DNA from: Agathobacter sp.
GTDB lineage: Bacteria > Bacillota > Clostridia > Lachnospirales > Lachnospiraceae
Length of the DNA: 63,859 nucleotides
Assembly: GCA_045612245.1 (NCBI GenBank)
Contig: JAZKYR010000108.1
Coordinates: forward strand, 1 to 63,859
Direction: 5' to 3'
Under the pieces are notes generated by a model. That model was not told where the DNA came from. It saw nothing but the letters and a program-made list of their open reading frames with translations, and made no database searches. Positions 1-9,468 of this stretch are shown piece after piece. Within the stretch, counting starts at the first letter, position 1. The number at the start of each line of letters is the position of its first letter. The translations under genes and the position numbers were made by a program.

Positions 1-1
1 G

Positions 2-589
2 ACACAGCAGAAAAAATGGTATGATTACTTATGGATTTGGTCGATTATATATTTCTCATTGGGCTTCTTTAATATTATGTTTGCATGGCTTGGTATGATT
101 GACTTTATCGTTCCATTGCTCTTTGCAATTATTGGCGGAAATAAAAATTTCTGTAATAAATACTGTGGAAGAGGACAGTTGTTTACTTTATTAGGAAATA
201 ACTTAAAGGGGGCGCGTAATGCAGCAACACCAAAATGGATGTCTTCGAAATGGTTCCGTTATGGTTTCTTGGTATTTTTCTTAAGCATGTTTGGAATGAT
301 GATTTTCCAGACTTATTTAGTGGGAAGTGGTGCTTCTTCCTTAAAAGAAGTAGTAACCTTATTCTGGACATTTAAGGTGCCATGGGGATGGGCATATTCA
401 GCAACAGGCGTTCCTGAATGGATTGTGCAGTTCGCATTTGGTTTCTATAGTATGATGTTGACATCTACTTTAATTGGTCTTATAGTAATGGTGCTGTATA
501 AGCCACGTACCTGGTGTGCATTTTGTCCAATGGGAACCATGACACAGGGCGTTTGTAAGCTTCGTGCAGCAGGCGAAAACAATAAATAA
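2..589 (+). CDS. Membrane 4Fe-4S binding protein (NapH/MauN-like), 5' end at the window edge
   Basis: Frame is open from base 2 (TQQKKWYDYLWIW...), upstream of the listed start at 59. Hydrophobic segments plus the Cys motifs FCNKYCGRG and WCAFCPMG. Confidence 0.75.
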   Translation, partial: TQQKKWYDYLWIWSIIYFSLGFFNIMFAWLGMIDFIVPLLFAIIGGNKNFCNKYCGRGQLFTLLGNNLKGARNAATPKWMSSKWFRYGFLVFFLSMFGMMIFQTYLVGSGASSLKEVVTLFWTFKVPWGWAYSATGVPEWIVQFAFGFYSMMLTSTLIGLIVMVLYKPRTWCAFCPMGTMTQGVCKLRAAGENNK

Positions 590-616
590 TATTTCTGCCA
601 CCGGGTAGAGAATGTG

Positions 617-673
617 AAAGCATTCGTAAATGTATCGTTAGGTCTTAGAAGATACATTTGCGAGTGCTTTTTT
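617..673 (+). terminator. Long hairpin plus T-tract just before the pnuC RBS (terminator or attenuator)
   Basis: AAAGCATTCGTAAATGTATC (617-636) pairs with GATACATTTGCGAGTGCTTT (651-670) with two G-U pairs, followed by TTT. Confidence 0.7.
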
Positions 674-687
674 ATTAGGAGTGCTTC

Positions 688-1380
688 ATGAAAAGAATAA
701 GAGAATATTTTACAAAAGAAGAAAAAGTATTATGGGCGAGTTCTGTTGTGTTAATCATCCTATCTTTCTGTCTGTTTGACAGGGAAAACTATCTTACTTT
801 ATGCGCTTCCTTAATTGGAGCGACCTCTTTGATATTCAATGCAAAAGGAAATCCCTTCGGACAGGTGCTAATGGTGATTTTTAGTTTGTTATATGGAATC
901 ATATCGTATACGTTTTCCTATTATGGAGAAATGATTACCTATCTTGGGATGACAATGCCAATGGCGGTGTTTGCGTTAATTTCATGGCTTCGCAATCCTT
1001 ACAATGGAAATCGGGCAGAAGTAAAGGTAAATCGTATCTCAAGAAAAGAAATTGTATTTATGTGGATATTGGCGACAGTAGTGACGGTGCTGTTTTATTA
1101 TATCCTTTCGTATTTTCATACAGCAAATATCGTACCGAGTACATTATCTGTAACAACAAGTTTCATAGCTGTGTACTTAACCTTTCGTAGAAATCCATAT
1201 TTTGCCGTGGCATATGCTGCGAATGATGTAGTGCTAATTGTACTATGGGTGTTGGCAAGTTTGTCAGATGTGAAATATATTTCAGTAGTGGTATGTTTTG
1301 TGGCATTCTTAGTAAACGATATATATGGTTTTGTAAATTGGAAGAAGATGGAGAAAAGACAAAAAAGGCGTGACAAGTAG
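688..1380 (+). CDS. pnuC: PnuC-family vitamin/nucleoside transporter (nicotinamide riboside type; substrate uncertain)
   Basis: About 7-8 TM helices, family-like motifs YGEMITY, YAANDVVLIVLW and terminal YGFVNW. RBS AGGAG. Confidence 0.8.
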   Translation: MKRIREYFTKEEKVLWASSVVLIILSFCLFDRENYLTLCASLIGATSLIFNAKGNPFGQVLMVIFSLLYGIISYTFSYYGEMITYLGMTMPMAVFALISWLRNPYNGNRAEVKVNRISRKEIVFMWILATVVTVLFYYILSYFHTANIVPSTLSVTTSFIAVYLTFRRNPYFAVAYAANDVVLIVLWVLASLSDVKYISVVVCFVAFLVNDIYGFVNWKKMEKRQKRRDK

Positions 1381-1392
1381 TCACGCTTTTTT
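1361..1392 (+). terminator. Rho-independent terminator of pnuC
   Basis: GGCGTGAC-aagta-GTCACGCT followed by a T-run, with an A-run upstream. Confidence 0.8.
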
Positions 1393-1403
1393 ATTTGTAC
1401 GTG

Positions 1404-1432
1404 TTGACAATATCGATACTCGATAATATAAT
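1404..1432 (+). promoter_or_regulatory. Perfect-consensus sigma-A promoter
   Basis: TTGACA (1404-1409), 17 bp, TATAAT (1427-1432). Confidence 0.9.
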
Positions 1433-1459
1433 AAAGATAGGAAATATCGATACTCGATA
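1411..1459. promoter_or_regulatory. Two identical palindromic operators TATCGA-N3-TCGATA (probable PadR sites)
   Basis: TATCGATACTCGATA at 1411-1425 (promoter spacer) and 1445-1459 (before the RBS AGGAGG). Confidence 0.75.
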
Positions 1460-1478
1460 ATAAAAGGAGGGCGAGCGT

Positions 1479-2741
1479 ATGGGAAAGAATAGAAAGACTG
1501 TATTTAAAGGCTTTGACTACATGCACTGTGATGATTTTGCAAGGCTTTTAATGGACATGGCGAAAAAAGGCTGGCACTTCAAAGAGTGGGGCGTAGGACT
1601 GAAATTTGAAAAGGGCGAACCAGAAAATGCAACCTATGCAGTAGAGGTGTTTAATAAAGCAAGTGAAAATGATACAAGACCTGCACCAGAGACAAAAGAT
1701 TTTGTGGAGTACTGTGAGGCGGCAGGTTGGAAGTTTATTGACGCAAAGCAGAAGTTCTGTGTTTTCAAAAAGATAGATGAAGATGCGGCAGAGCTTTTTA
1801 CTCCGGAAGAGAGAGTGGTAAATTGTGTGAAGGCCACAACAACAGGTTATCCAATCATGCTACTCGTTTTATATGGAATTAATGCATTGATGCAGTGGGT
1901 TAATGTAAGTAGTTTCTTTGAAATGTATATTTTTTCACCAACATTTTTGTTTGTTTTTTCTATTTGGAATGTGATGTTCTTTGGTCAGATTTTTACCTTC
2001 TTGCATGCATTTTGGAAAAAGAGAAAATTGTTAAAAGACATTCGTGAAGGAAAAGACATTTATCTTGGAAGTCTGAATAAGCTTCATCTTACTGCAAGAG
2101 ATATTTATGTAGTAGTTTTACTGCTGATTTTAAGTAGTTACTTCCTCATAATACAGCAGGTAGAACTTCTCCTTTTAAATGTCGGAATGATTGTGTCGGT
2201 ACTTTTATTGACAGTTTTTATTAATAAGTTCCGTCCAGACCGTGATACAAATGTTATCATTCAAATGGTATATAGTTTTGTAGTATTCGTGCTGGTGATT
2301 GTTATTTCTATCGCTATTATATCAGAGACAGGAGAAAACGTAACGGAGCAAAAAGAAGACATTCCACTTCATATTTCGGATTATAGAGAATGCTCTTATG
2401 AAGAGGATGATATAGATATCTATCATGATGGTAATTTGTTCGGACGTGTTGATGATTATTTCATTTTTGCGGGCGAAGATGCTATCTATTATAGAATATA
2501 TAGTTCAAAGAATTCAAAAATCTTAGATCGTATCTGGGAAGAAGAACTAGGTAGTAGAAAAATAAATGAAGGTGCAGTGGACTGTACGTCAGATTGGGAT
2601 GCTCAAAAGGCACTTCGTAATAAGTTAGGTACGTATTATGTGAGATATGAAGATTATATCCTGATATTTAGTGATGATGAACATATATACCTTACTCCAG
2701 AACAGATAGATATTATCCTTAAAAAATTGGATATAAGGTAG
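1479..2741 (+). CDS. DUF2812-domain membrane protein
   Basis: N-terminal L..MAKKGWHF...FEKGEP...AAGW signature, several TM helices, paired with a PadR gene. Confidence 0.8.
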   Translation: MGKNRKTVFKGFDYMHCDDFARLLMDMAKKGWHFKEWGVGLKFEKGEPENATYAVEVFNKASENDTRPAPETKDFVEYCEAAGWKFIDAKQKFCVFKKIDEDAAELFTPEERVVNCVKATTTGYPIMLLVLYGINALMQWVNVSSFFEMYIFSPTFLFVFSIWNVMFFGQIFTFLHAFWKKRKLLKDIREGKDIYLGSLNKLHLTARDIYVVVLLLILSSYFLIIQQVELLLLNVGMIVSVLLLTVFINKFRPDRDTNVIIQMVYSFVVFVLVIVISIAIISETGENVTEQKEDIPLHISDYRECSYEEDDIDIYHDGNLFGRVDDYFIFAGEDAIYYRIYSSKNSKILDRIWEEELGSRKINEGAVDCTSDWDAQKALRNKLGTYYVRYEDYILIFSDDEHIYLTPEQIDIILKKLDIR

Positions 2742-2749
2742 GTGATGGT

Positions 2750-3064
2750 ATGGCAAGAGAACAGTTTCAAACCTTAACGGAACCTATGTATTACATCCTT
2801 TTGGCCCTGACAGAGGAATGCTGTGGTGTAGATATCATGGAAAAGGTGAAAAGTATTTCACATGGTCGTGTGGTAGTAGGACCAGGAACCTTGTATGCTA
2901 TGCTTGCCAAGTTTGAGGAAAATGGTGTTATCAAATTGACTGCTTCGGAAGGAAGAAGAAAGTCCTATGTCATCACGGATAAAGGTCTAGATATGCTAAA
3001 AGAAGAGTATAATCGACTGAAAACCTTGGTAGAAGATGGTACATTCGTCAATGTGACAACATAA
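2750..3064 (+). CDS. PadR-family transcriptional regulator
   Basis: LTEPMYYILLAL, GPGTLY and RRKSYVITDKG winged-helix motifs. Confidence 0.92.
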   Translation: MAREQFQTLTEPMYYILLALTEECCGVDIMEKVKSISHGRVVVGPGTLYAMLAKFEENGVIKLTASEGRRKSYVITDKGLDMLKEEYNRLKTLVEDGTFVNVTT

Positions 3065-3075
3065 TTCCAAAATCT

Positions 3076-3119
3076 TTGGCACTTTGCCAATGGTCATTTT
3101 GCAACACCTAAGTTAAGAT
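3076..3119 (+). promoter_or_regulatory. Palindrome TTGGCA-N3-TGCCAA abutting a weak promoter
   Basis: Palindrome at 3076-3090, then TGGTCA (3091-3096), 17 bp, TAAGAT (3114-3119). Confidence 0.5.
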
Positions 3120-3157
3120 AAATGTAATTAAGATAACACTTAGGGGGATTTGTAAAA

Positions 3158-4264
3158 ATGGCAAGTTTATCATTAAAAAACATTTGTAAAAAATATGACA
3201 ATGGCTTCGAAGCTGTTAAAGATTTCAACCTTGAAGTAGAAGATAAAGAGTTTATCATCTTCGTAGGACCTTCAGGATGTGGTAAATCTACTACACTTCG
3301 TATGATCGCTGGTTTAGAAGATATTTCTTCTGGGGAATTCTACATTGACGGAAAACTTATGAACAACGTAGAACCAAAAGACAGAGATATCGCAATGGTA
3401 TTCCAGAACTACGCGTTATATCCACATATGACAGTATTTGATAACATGGCATTCGCTCTTAAAATTGCGAAAGTTCCAAAGGAAGAAATCAAAGCAAAAG
3501 TAGAAGAAGCAGCTCGTATCCTTGATTTGGAAAAATTATTAGATCGTAAACCAAAGGCTTTATCTGGTGGACAGAGACAGCGTGTCGCTATGGGTCGTGC
3601 TATCGTTCGTAGCCCTAAGGTATTCCTTATGGACGAACCTTTATCAAATCTTGATGCAAAACTTCGTGTACAGATGCGTGCAGAAATCGCAGCATTACAC
3701 AATAGATTAGGTGCTACTATTATCTACGTTACACACGATCAGACAGAAGCTATGACTCTTGGTACAAGAATCGTAGTATTAAAAGATGGTGTTATCATGC
3801 AGGTAGATTCACCACAGAAACTTTACAACGAACCAAATAACTTATTCGTTGCAGGTTTCATCGGATCTCCACAGATGAACTTCGTAGATGCTAAAGTAGA
3901 AGTTGCAGGCGATAAAGCTGCATTAGTATTTGCTGATTTCAAGGTAGAATTACCAGAAGCTAAAGCGAAAAAAGTAATCGATGGCGGTTACAATGGAAAA
4001 ACAGATGTTATGGGTATCAGACCAGAAGATATCAGCAATGAAGCAGAAGACCTTGCAAAATGGCCTAATATCAAATCTGTAGTTGAAAACAATGAATTAT
4101 TAGGTGCTGAAGCTATGGTATACTTCTCAGTTGCGGGTGCTAACATGTCAGCAAGAGTATCAGCTGCTACAAATGCAAGATACAATGATGCAATCACTCT
4201 CGCTATCAATCCAGAAAAAGTACATGTGTTTGATAAAGAGACTGAATTGACAATCACAAACTAA
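3158..4264 (+). CDS. msmX: MsmX/MalK/UgpC-type sugar ABC transporter ATPase (orphan)
   Basis: Walker A GPSGCGKS, signature LSGGQRQR, Walker B FLMDEP, C-terminal TOBE region. No permease genes adjacent. Confidence 0.88.
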   Translation: MASLSLKNICKKYDNGFEAVKDFNLEVEDKEFIIFVGPSGCGKSTTLRMIAGLEDISSGEFYIDGKLMNNVEPKDRDIAMVFQNYALYPHMTVFDNMAFALKIAKVPKEEIKAKVEEAARILDLEKLLDRKPKALSGGQRQRVAMGRAIVRSPKVFLMDEPLSNLDAKLRVQMRAEIAALHNRLGATIIYVTHDQTEAMTLGTRIVVLKDGVIMQVDSPQKLYNEPNNLFVAGFIGSPQMNFVDAKVEVAGDKAALVFADFKVELPEAKAKKVIDGGYNGKTDVMGIRPEDISNEAEDLAKWPNIKSVVENNELLGAEAMVYFSVAGANMSARVSAATNARYNDAITLAINPEKVHVFDKETELTITN

Positions 4265-4293
4265 TTCGGTAAAATTATATAGTTGTAAATTTT

Positions 4294-4326
4294 GGCAGGG
4301 TGTAAATTTACACCCTGTCTTTTATT
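4294..4326 (+). terminator. Rho-independent terminator
   Basis: GGCAGGGTGTAAA/TTTACACCCTGTC followed by TTTTATT. Confidence 0.8.
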
Positions 4327-4355
4327 GATAAAACCTACTAATGAGGGGATAAGGG

Positions 4356-5279
4356 ATGTCAGAGCAGAGCTTATTGGAAAAAATTGCAGAGCTGAAAGAA
4401 ACCTATGGTTTAGAAGTGGCACTTTTTCATTCAGATGGAAAGCTAGTTGTAAGTACGACGAAGGATTTTGATGAAGAAGAAACTCGTGTAGTACAAATCG
4501 TAGAGAAAGACTTAAACCGCAATATTTTTATTAAGGATGTATTGCTGGGAAATCTTTTGTCAGTGGATATGCATAGCCAAGCAAAACGTTTACATATAGA
4601 GGCAAAGCCAAGGGTTTGTTATGTCATTGACACTGGAAGTAAGAGTACTGAGCTTGTTATGGAATTGGTAAAGAATCTGTCCGATTTAAAGGCCGGTGAT
4701 TTTGTTACAACAGTAGATGAACATAGTGTTGTACTAGTAAAAGACGTTTCAAATGAAGATGCCAGTGAAGAAGATTTGGAGGACATTGCGAAAGGTCTTG
4801 TAGATAGTCTGCATATGGAAGCTATGGTTAAGGTGCGTGTGGGTTACGGAAATATTGTGACAGAGATTTCGGAGATTGCGCAGTCTTTCCAGGAAGCCAA
4901 GATGGCACTCCAGGTAGGTAAGGTGTTTTATGCTGAAAAAGATACCATTTCCTATGGTAAATTAGGAATCGGTCGTTTGATTTATCAGCTTCCAATGAGT
5001 CTTTGTAATATGTTTATCAAAGAGGTATTTGGAAACGAAATTCCAGAAGTATTAGAAGACGAAGAAGCAATGTCTACCATTGCAAAATTCTTTGAGAATA
5101 ATTTAAATATCTCAGAAACAGCAAGACAGTTGTATGTACATAGAAATACATTGGTATATAGATTAGAGCGCATTGAAAAAGAAATAGGATTGGATATCCG
5201 AAAATTTGATGATGCGATGACCTTCCGTATTGCAGTCATGGTACTTGCACATATGAAGGATGCAGATAGAAATGAGTAG
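4356..5279 (+). CDS. CdaR/PucR-family transcriptional regulator
   Basis: C-terminal HTH FFENNLNISETARQLYVHRNTLVYRLERI and a GGDEF-like middle domain. Confidence 0.88.
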   Translation: MSEQSLLEKIAELKETYGLEVALFHSDGKLVVSTTKDFDEEETRVVQIVEKDLNRNIFIKDVLLGNLLSVDMHSQAKRLHIEAKPRVCYVIDTGSKSTELVMELVKNLSDLKAGDFVTTVDEHSVVLVKDVSNEDASEEDLEDIAKGLVDSLHMEAMVKVRVGYGNIVTEISEIAQSFQEAKMALQVGKVFYAEKDTISYGKLGIGRLIYQLPMSLCNMFIKEVFGNEIPEVLEDEEAMSTIAKFFENNLNISETARQLYVHRNTLVYRLERIEKEIGLDIRKFDDAMTFRIAVMVLAHMKDADRNE

Positions 5280-5290
5280 AGGGAGATAGT

Positions 5291-7213
5291 ATGGCAAAAA
5301 AAGTAACATACGATGAAAGTAGTATTTCCATATTGGAAGGATTGGAAGCGGTTCGTAAACGTCCGGGAATGTATATTGGTAGCGTTTCACGAAAAGGTTT
5401 AAATCACCTTATTTACGAAATCGTGGACAACTCTGTAGATGAACATTTAGCAGGAGAATGTGACACCATCTGGGTAACCTTAGAGAAGGATGGTTCTTGT
5501 ACTGTAGAAGATAATGGTCGTGGTATTCCTGTAGGTATGCATGCAAAAGGTGTATCTGCAGCACGTATCGTTTTTTCTACCTTACATGCAGGTGGTAAGT
5601 TTGATGACTCTGTATATAAAACCAGTGGTGGTCTTCATGGTGTAGGTTCATCGGTAGTAAATGCCCTTTCTACTTATATGGATATTGAAATCAGCAGAGA
5701 GGGATTTGTTCATCATGATCGCTACGAACGTGGTAACCCTACTGTTAAATTAGAAAATGGACTTCTTCCTAAGATTGCAAAGACTAAGAAGACTGGAACA
5801 AAGATTAATTTCTTACCAGATCCAGAAATCTTTGAAAAGACATATTTCAAGGAAGAGGATGTTAAGAGTCGTATGCACGAAACTGCATACTTAAATCCAA
5901 ACCTTACGATTATTTATGAAGATCGTCGAAAGGACGAAATCGAGCATATCGAGTATCATGAGCCAGATGGAATTATTGGTTTTGTTAAGGATTTAAATAA
6001 AAATATCGAGACGCTTCATGATGTGATTTATTTTAAAGGCGAAAGTGAAGGAATCACGGTAGAGGCGGCTATCCAGTATACAAATGAATTCCACGAAAAT
6101 ATTCTTGGCTTCTGTAATAATATTTACAATGCAGAGGGTGGTACACACATTACAGGTTACAAGACTGCAATGACTACTATCATTAATGCATATGCACGTG
6201 AACTCGGTATCTTAAAAGAAAAAGATGTAAACTTCACTGGTGCAGATGTAAGAAATGGTATGACAGCGGTTGTATCTATTAAACATCCAGATCCACGTTT
6301 TGAAGGTCAGACTAAGACAAAATTGGACAACCCAGATGCATCCCGTGTAACGTCTAAGATTACTGGTGATGAAATGCAGTTGTTCTTTGATAAAAACTTA
6401 GAAATTTTAAAGACGGTTATTTCTTGTGCAGAAAAAGCAGCAAAAATCCGTAAGACAGAAGAAAAAGCGAAGACAAATATGCTTACAAAACAGAAATTCT
6501 CTTTTGATTCGAACGGTAAATTAGCAAACTGTGAAAGCCGCGATGCTTCTAAGTGTGAAATCTTTATCGTGGAAGGGGATTCCGCTGGTGGCTCTGCAAA
6601 GAATGCACGTAACCGTATGTATCAGGCGATTATGCCTATCAGAGGTAAGATTCTTAACGTAGAAAAGGCCAGCATCGATAAAGTTCTTGCCAATGCAGAA
6701 ATCAAAGCGATGATTAATGCGTTTGGATGTGGTTTCTCAGAAGGCTATGGTAATGACTTTGATATTACCAAACTTCGTTATGACAAGATTATTATTATGG
6801 CCGATGCGGACGTCGATGGTGCCCACATTTCGACCTTGCTTTTGACCTTGTTCTATCGTTTTATGCCAGAACTGATTTTTGAAGGTCATGTATATGTGGC
6901 GATGCCACCTCTTTATAAGGTAATTCCAAGTAAAGGTGAAGAAGTATACTTATATGATGATGCAGCGTTGGAAAAATACAGACGTACTCACACAGGTAAT
7001 TTCACCTTACAGCGATACAAAGGTCTTGGTGAAATGGATGCAGAGCAGCTTTGGGAAACAACTTTAAATCCAGAGACTCGCATGATGCGTCGTGTAGAAA
7101 TCGAAGATGGACGTATGGCATCCGATGTGACAGCAATGCTTATGGGTACAGATGTACCACCACGTAGAGCATTTATCCATGAACACGCACATGATGCAGA
7201 CCTTGACGTATAA
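5291..7213 (+). CDS. parE: Type IIA topoisomerase B subunit (GyrB paralog, probably Topo IV ParE)
   Basis: VRKRPGMYIG, GLHGVG, EGDSA, PIRGKILN, DADVDG and QRYKGLGEM motifs. Not in a dnaA-recF-gyrB context. Confidence 0.8.
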   Translation: MAKKVTYDESSISILEGLEAVRKRPGMYIGSVSRKGLNHLIYEIVDNSVDEHLAGECDTIWVTLEKDGSCTVEDNGRGIPVGMHAKGVSAARIVFSTLHAGGKFDDSVYKTSGGLHGVGSSVVNALSTYMDIEISREGFVHHDRYERGNPTVKLENGLLPKIAKTKKTGTKINFLPDPEIFEKTYFKEEDVKSRMHETAYLNPNLTIIYEDRRKDEIEHIEYHEPDGIIGFVKDLNKNIETLHDVIYFKGESEGITVEAAIQYTNEFHENILGFCNNIYNAEGGTHITGYKTAMTTIINAYARELGILKEKDVNFTGADVRNGMTAVVSIKHPDPRFEGQTKTKLDNPDASRVTSKITGDEMQLFFDKNLEILKTVISCAEKAAKIRKTEEKAKTNMLTKQKFSFDSNGKLANCESRDASKCEIFIVEGDSAGGSAKNARNRMYQAIMPIRGKILNVEKASIDKVLANAEIKAMINAFGCGFSEGYGNDFDITKLRYDKIIIMADADVDGAHISTLLLTLFYRFMPELIFEGHVYVAMPPLYKVIPSKGEEVYLYDDAALEKYRRTHTGNFTLQRYKGLGEMDAEQLWETTLNPETRMMRRVEIEDGRMASDVTAMLMGTDVPPRRAFIHEHAHDADLDV

Positions 7214-7227
7214 TTTAGGAGAAAACT

Positions 7228-9468
7228 ATGCAAGTAAATGAAAACAATATTATCCGCACCGAATACTCGGAGCTGATGCAAAAATCATATATTGACTATG
7301 CCATGAGCGTAATCATAGCTCGTGCACTTCCTGATGTACGTGATGGTTTAAAACCAGTACAGAGACGTGTGCTCTATGATATGTCAGAATTGGGTGTAAA
7401 ATACGACAAACCACACCGTAAGAGTGCGCGTATTGTCGGTGATACCATGGGTAAATATCATCCACATGGTGACTCATCTATTTATGAAGCGCTTGTAGTT
7501 ATGACTCAGGATTTCAAGAAGGGACTTCCACTTATCGATGGACACGGAAACTTTGGCTCTATCGAAGGTGATGGAGCTGCGGCTATGCGTTATACGGAAG
7601 CGCGTCTTCAGAAAGTGACTCAGGAAGCCTACCTTGCAGATTTGGATAAAGATGTCGTAGACTTTGGACCAAACTTTGATGAAACAGAAAAAGAACCATT
7701 GGTTCTTCCTGTTAAGGTTCCAAACTTACTTATCAACGGTGCAGAAGGTATCGCAGTAGGTATGGCAACTAGCATTCCACCACACAACTTTGGTGAAGTA
7801 GTAGATGGTGTGATTGCTTACATGAAGAATCCAGATATTACCACAGAAGAATTGATGCAGTATATTCAGGGACCAGACTTCCCAACTGGTGGTATTATTG
7901 CGAATAAAGACGACCTTTTATCTATTTATGAAACTGGTATGGGTAAAATCAAGGTTCGTGGTAAAGTGGTTCATGAAAAATTAAAAGGTGGTAAGGAACG
8001 TCTTATCATTACAGAGATTCCATACACTATGATTGGTGCCAATATCGGGAAATTCTTGATGGATGTAGCTGCTTTGGTAGAAACCAAAAAGACCAGTGAT
8101 ATTGTAGATATTACTAACCAGTCATCCAAAGAAGGTATCCGTATCGTTTTGGATTTAAAGAAAGGTGCAAATGTAGAAGCCTTAGAAAACCTTTTATACA
8201 AAAAGACAAAATTAGAAGATACCTTTGGTGTAAATATGCTGGCAGTAGCAGATGGCAGACCAGAAACGATGGGACTTATTCCAATTATCCGTCATCATGT
8301 AAACTTCCAGTATGAAATCGCAACCAGAAAGTACAAAACTTTACTTGCGAAAGAATTAGATAAAAAAGAAATCCAGGAAGGTCTTATCGAAGCATGTAAT
8401 GTTATTGATTTGATTATTGAAATACTTCGTGGATGTACCAATAGAAAAGATGCAGAGAAATGTCTTACAACAGGAGATACTTCTAATATCAAATTCAAAT
8501 CAAAGGCATCTGAAAAGATGGCAAAACAGCTTCGCTTTACAGAGAGACAGGCACATGCAATTCTTGAAATGCGTTTGTACAAGCTGATTGGTCTTGAAAT
8601 TGAAGCCTTGATGAAAGAGCATAATGAAACGTTAGAAAAGATTGCGCTCTACGAAGACTTGCTTTCACATCGTTCTTCTATGGCGAAGCTGATTATGAAA
8701 GAGCTTACTGCATTCAAGAAAGAGTATGGAAGAGCTCGTAGAACCGTAGTGGACAATTTGGCAGAAGCAGTTGTTGTGGAAAAACCAATCGAAGAAAAGG
8801 ATGTAGTATTCCTTATGGATCGTTTTGGTTATGCTAAAACAATCGATGTTTCTATTTATGAAAGAAACAAAGAAACAGCAGATTCGGAAAATAGATATGT
8901 ATTTATCTGTAAGAATACAGATAAGATTTGTATCTTTACCAATACCGGTCAGCTTCACATGGTGAAAGTACTGGATTTACCAGCTGGTCGATTAAAGGAT
9001 AAGGGTACACCAATTGATAACGTAAGTAATTTCGATAGTAAGACAGAAAACTATATCTATATAGATAGTCTTGCAAATGTATCTGCAGGTAAAGTAGTAT
9101 TCGGTACGAAACAGTCTATGATTAAATTAGTAGATGGTGCAGAATTCGTTGTAGGTAAGAAGACTACAGCGGCAACCAAACTTGCAGATGGAGATGAAGT
9201 GCTTTCCGTACGTGCCTTAAAGGGCAATGAAACTATGGTAATGCGTTCAGGTAAGGAATATTTCCTTCGTATCGAATGTGCATCTATTCCAGAAAAGAAA
9301 AAATCTGCAGTGGGTGTTCGTGGTATGAAGCTGGACAAGAATGATGAGCTTCAGAATATCTATGTATTATGTGAGGGCGAGAACGAAATGATAGAAGTAA
9401 AGGGCAAGGAAATGGCTCTCAATCGTCTTCATATCGGAAATCGAGATACAAAAGGTGTAAAACGATGA
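7228..9468 (+). CDS. parC: Type IIA topoisomerase A subunit (probably Topo IV ParC)
   Basis: [20 protein letters not shown] and AAMRYTE (catalytic Tyr). No QxRGGxG GyrA-box at the start of the CTD. Confidence 0.8.
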   Translation: MQVNENNIIRTEYSELMQKSYIDYAMSVIIARALPDVRDGLKPVQRRVLYDMSELGVKYDKPHRKSARIVGDTMGKYHPHGDSSIYEALVVMTQDFKKGLPLIDGHGNFGSIEGDGAAAMRYTEARLQKVTQEAYLADLDKDVVDFGPNFDETEKEPLVLPVKVPNLLINGAEGIAVGMATSIPPHNFGEVVDGVIAYMKNPDITTEELMQYIQGPDFPTGGIIANKDDLLSIYETGMGKIKVRGKVVHEKLKGGKERLIITEIPYTMIGANIGKFLMDVAALVETKKTSDIVDITNQSSKEGIRIVLDLKKGANVEALENLLYKKTKLEDTFGVNMLAVADGRPETMGLIPIIRHHVNFQYEIATRKYKTLLAKELDKKEIQEGLIEACNVIDLIIEILRGCTNRKDAEKCLTTGDTSNIKFKSKASEKMAKQLRFTERQAHAILEMRLYKLIGLEIEALMKEHNETLEKIALYEDLLSHRSSMAKLIMKELTAFKKEYGRARRTVVDNLAEAVVVEKPIEEKDVVFLMDRFGYAKTIDVSIYERNKETADSENRYVFICKNTDKICIFTNTGQLHMVKVLDLPAGRLKDKGTPIDNVSNFDSKTENYIYIDSLANVSAGKVVFGTKQSMIKLVDGAEFVVGKKTTAATKLADGDEVLSVRALKGNETMVMRSGKEYFLRIECASIPEKKKSAVGVRGMKLDKNDELQNIYVLCEGENEMIEVKGKEMALNRLHIGNRDTKGVKR

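Noticed and set aside
593-687. Known NAD+-II, TPP or FMN riboswitch before pnuC
   Set aside because: The conserved aptamer motifs were not recognisable by eye. Kept only as an unclassified candidate.
7440-7500. Quinolone-resistance substitution in the topoisomerase QRDR
   Set aside because: HGDSSIYE retains the susceptible-type Ser and acidic residues.
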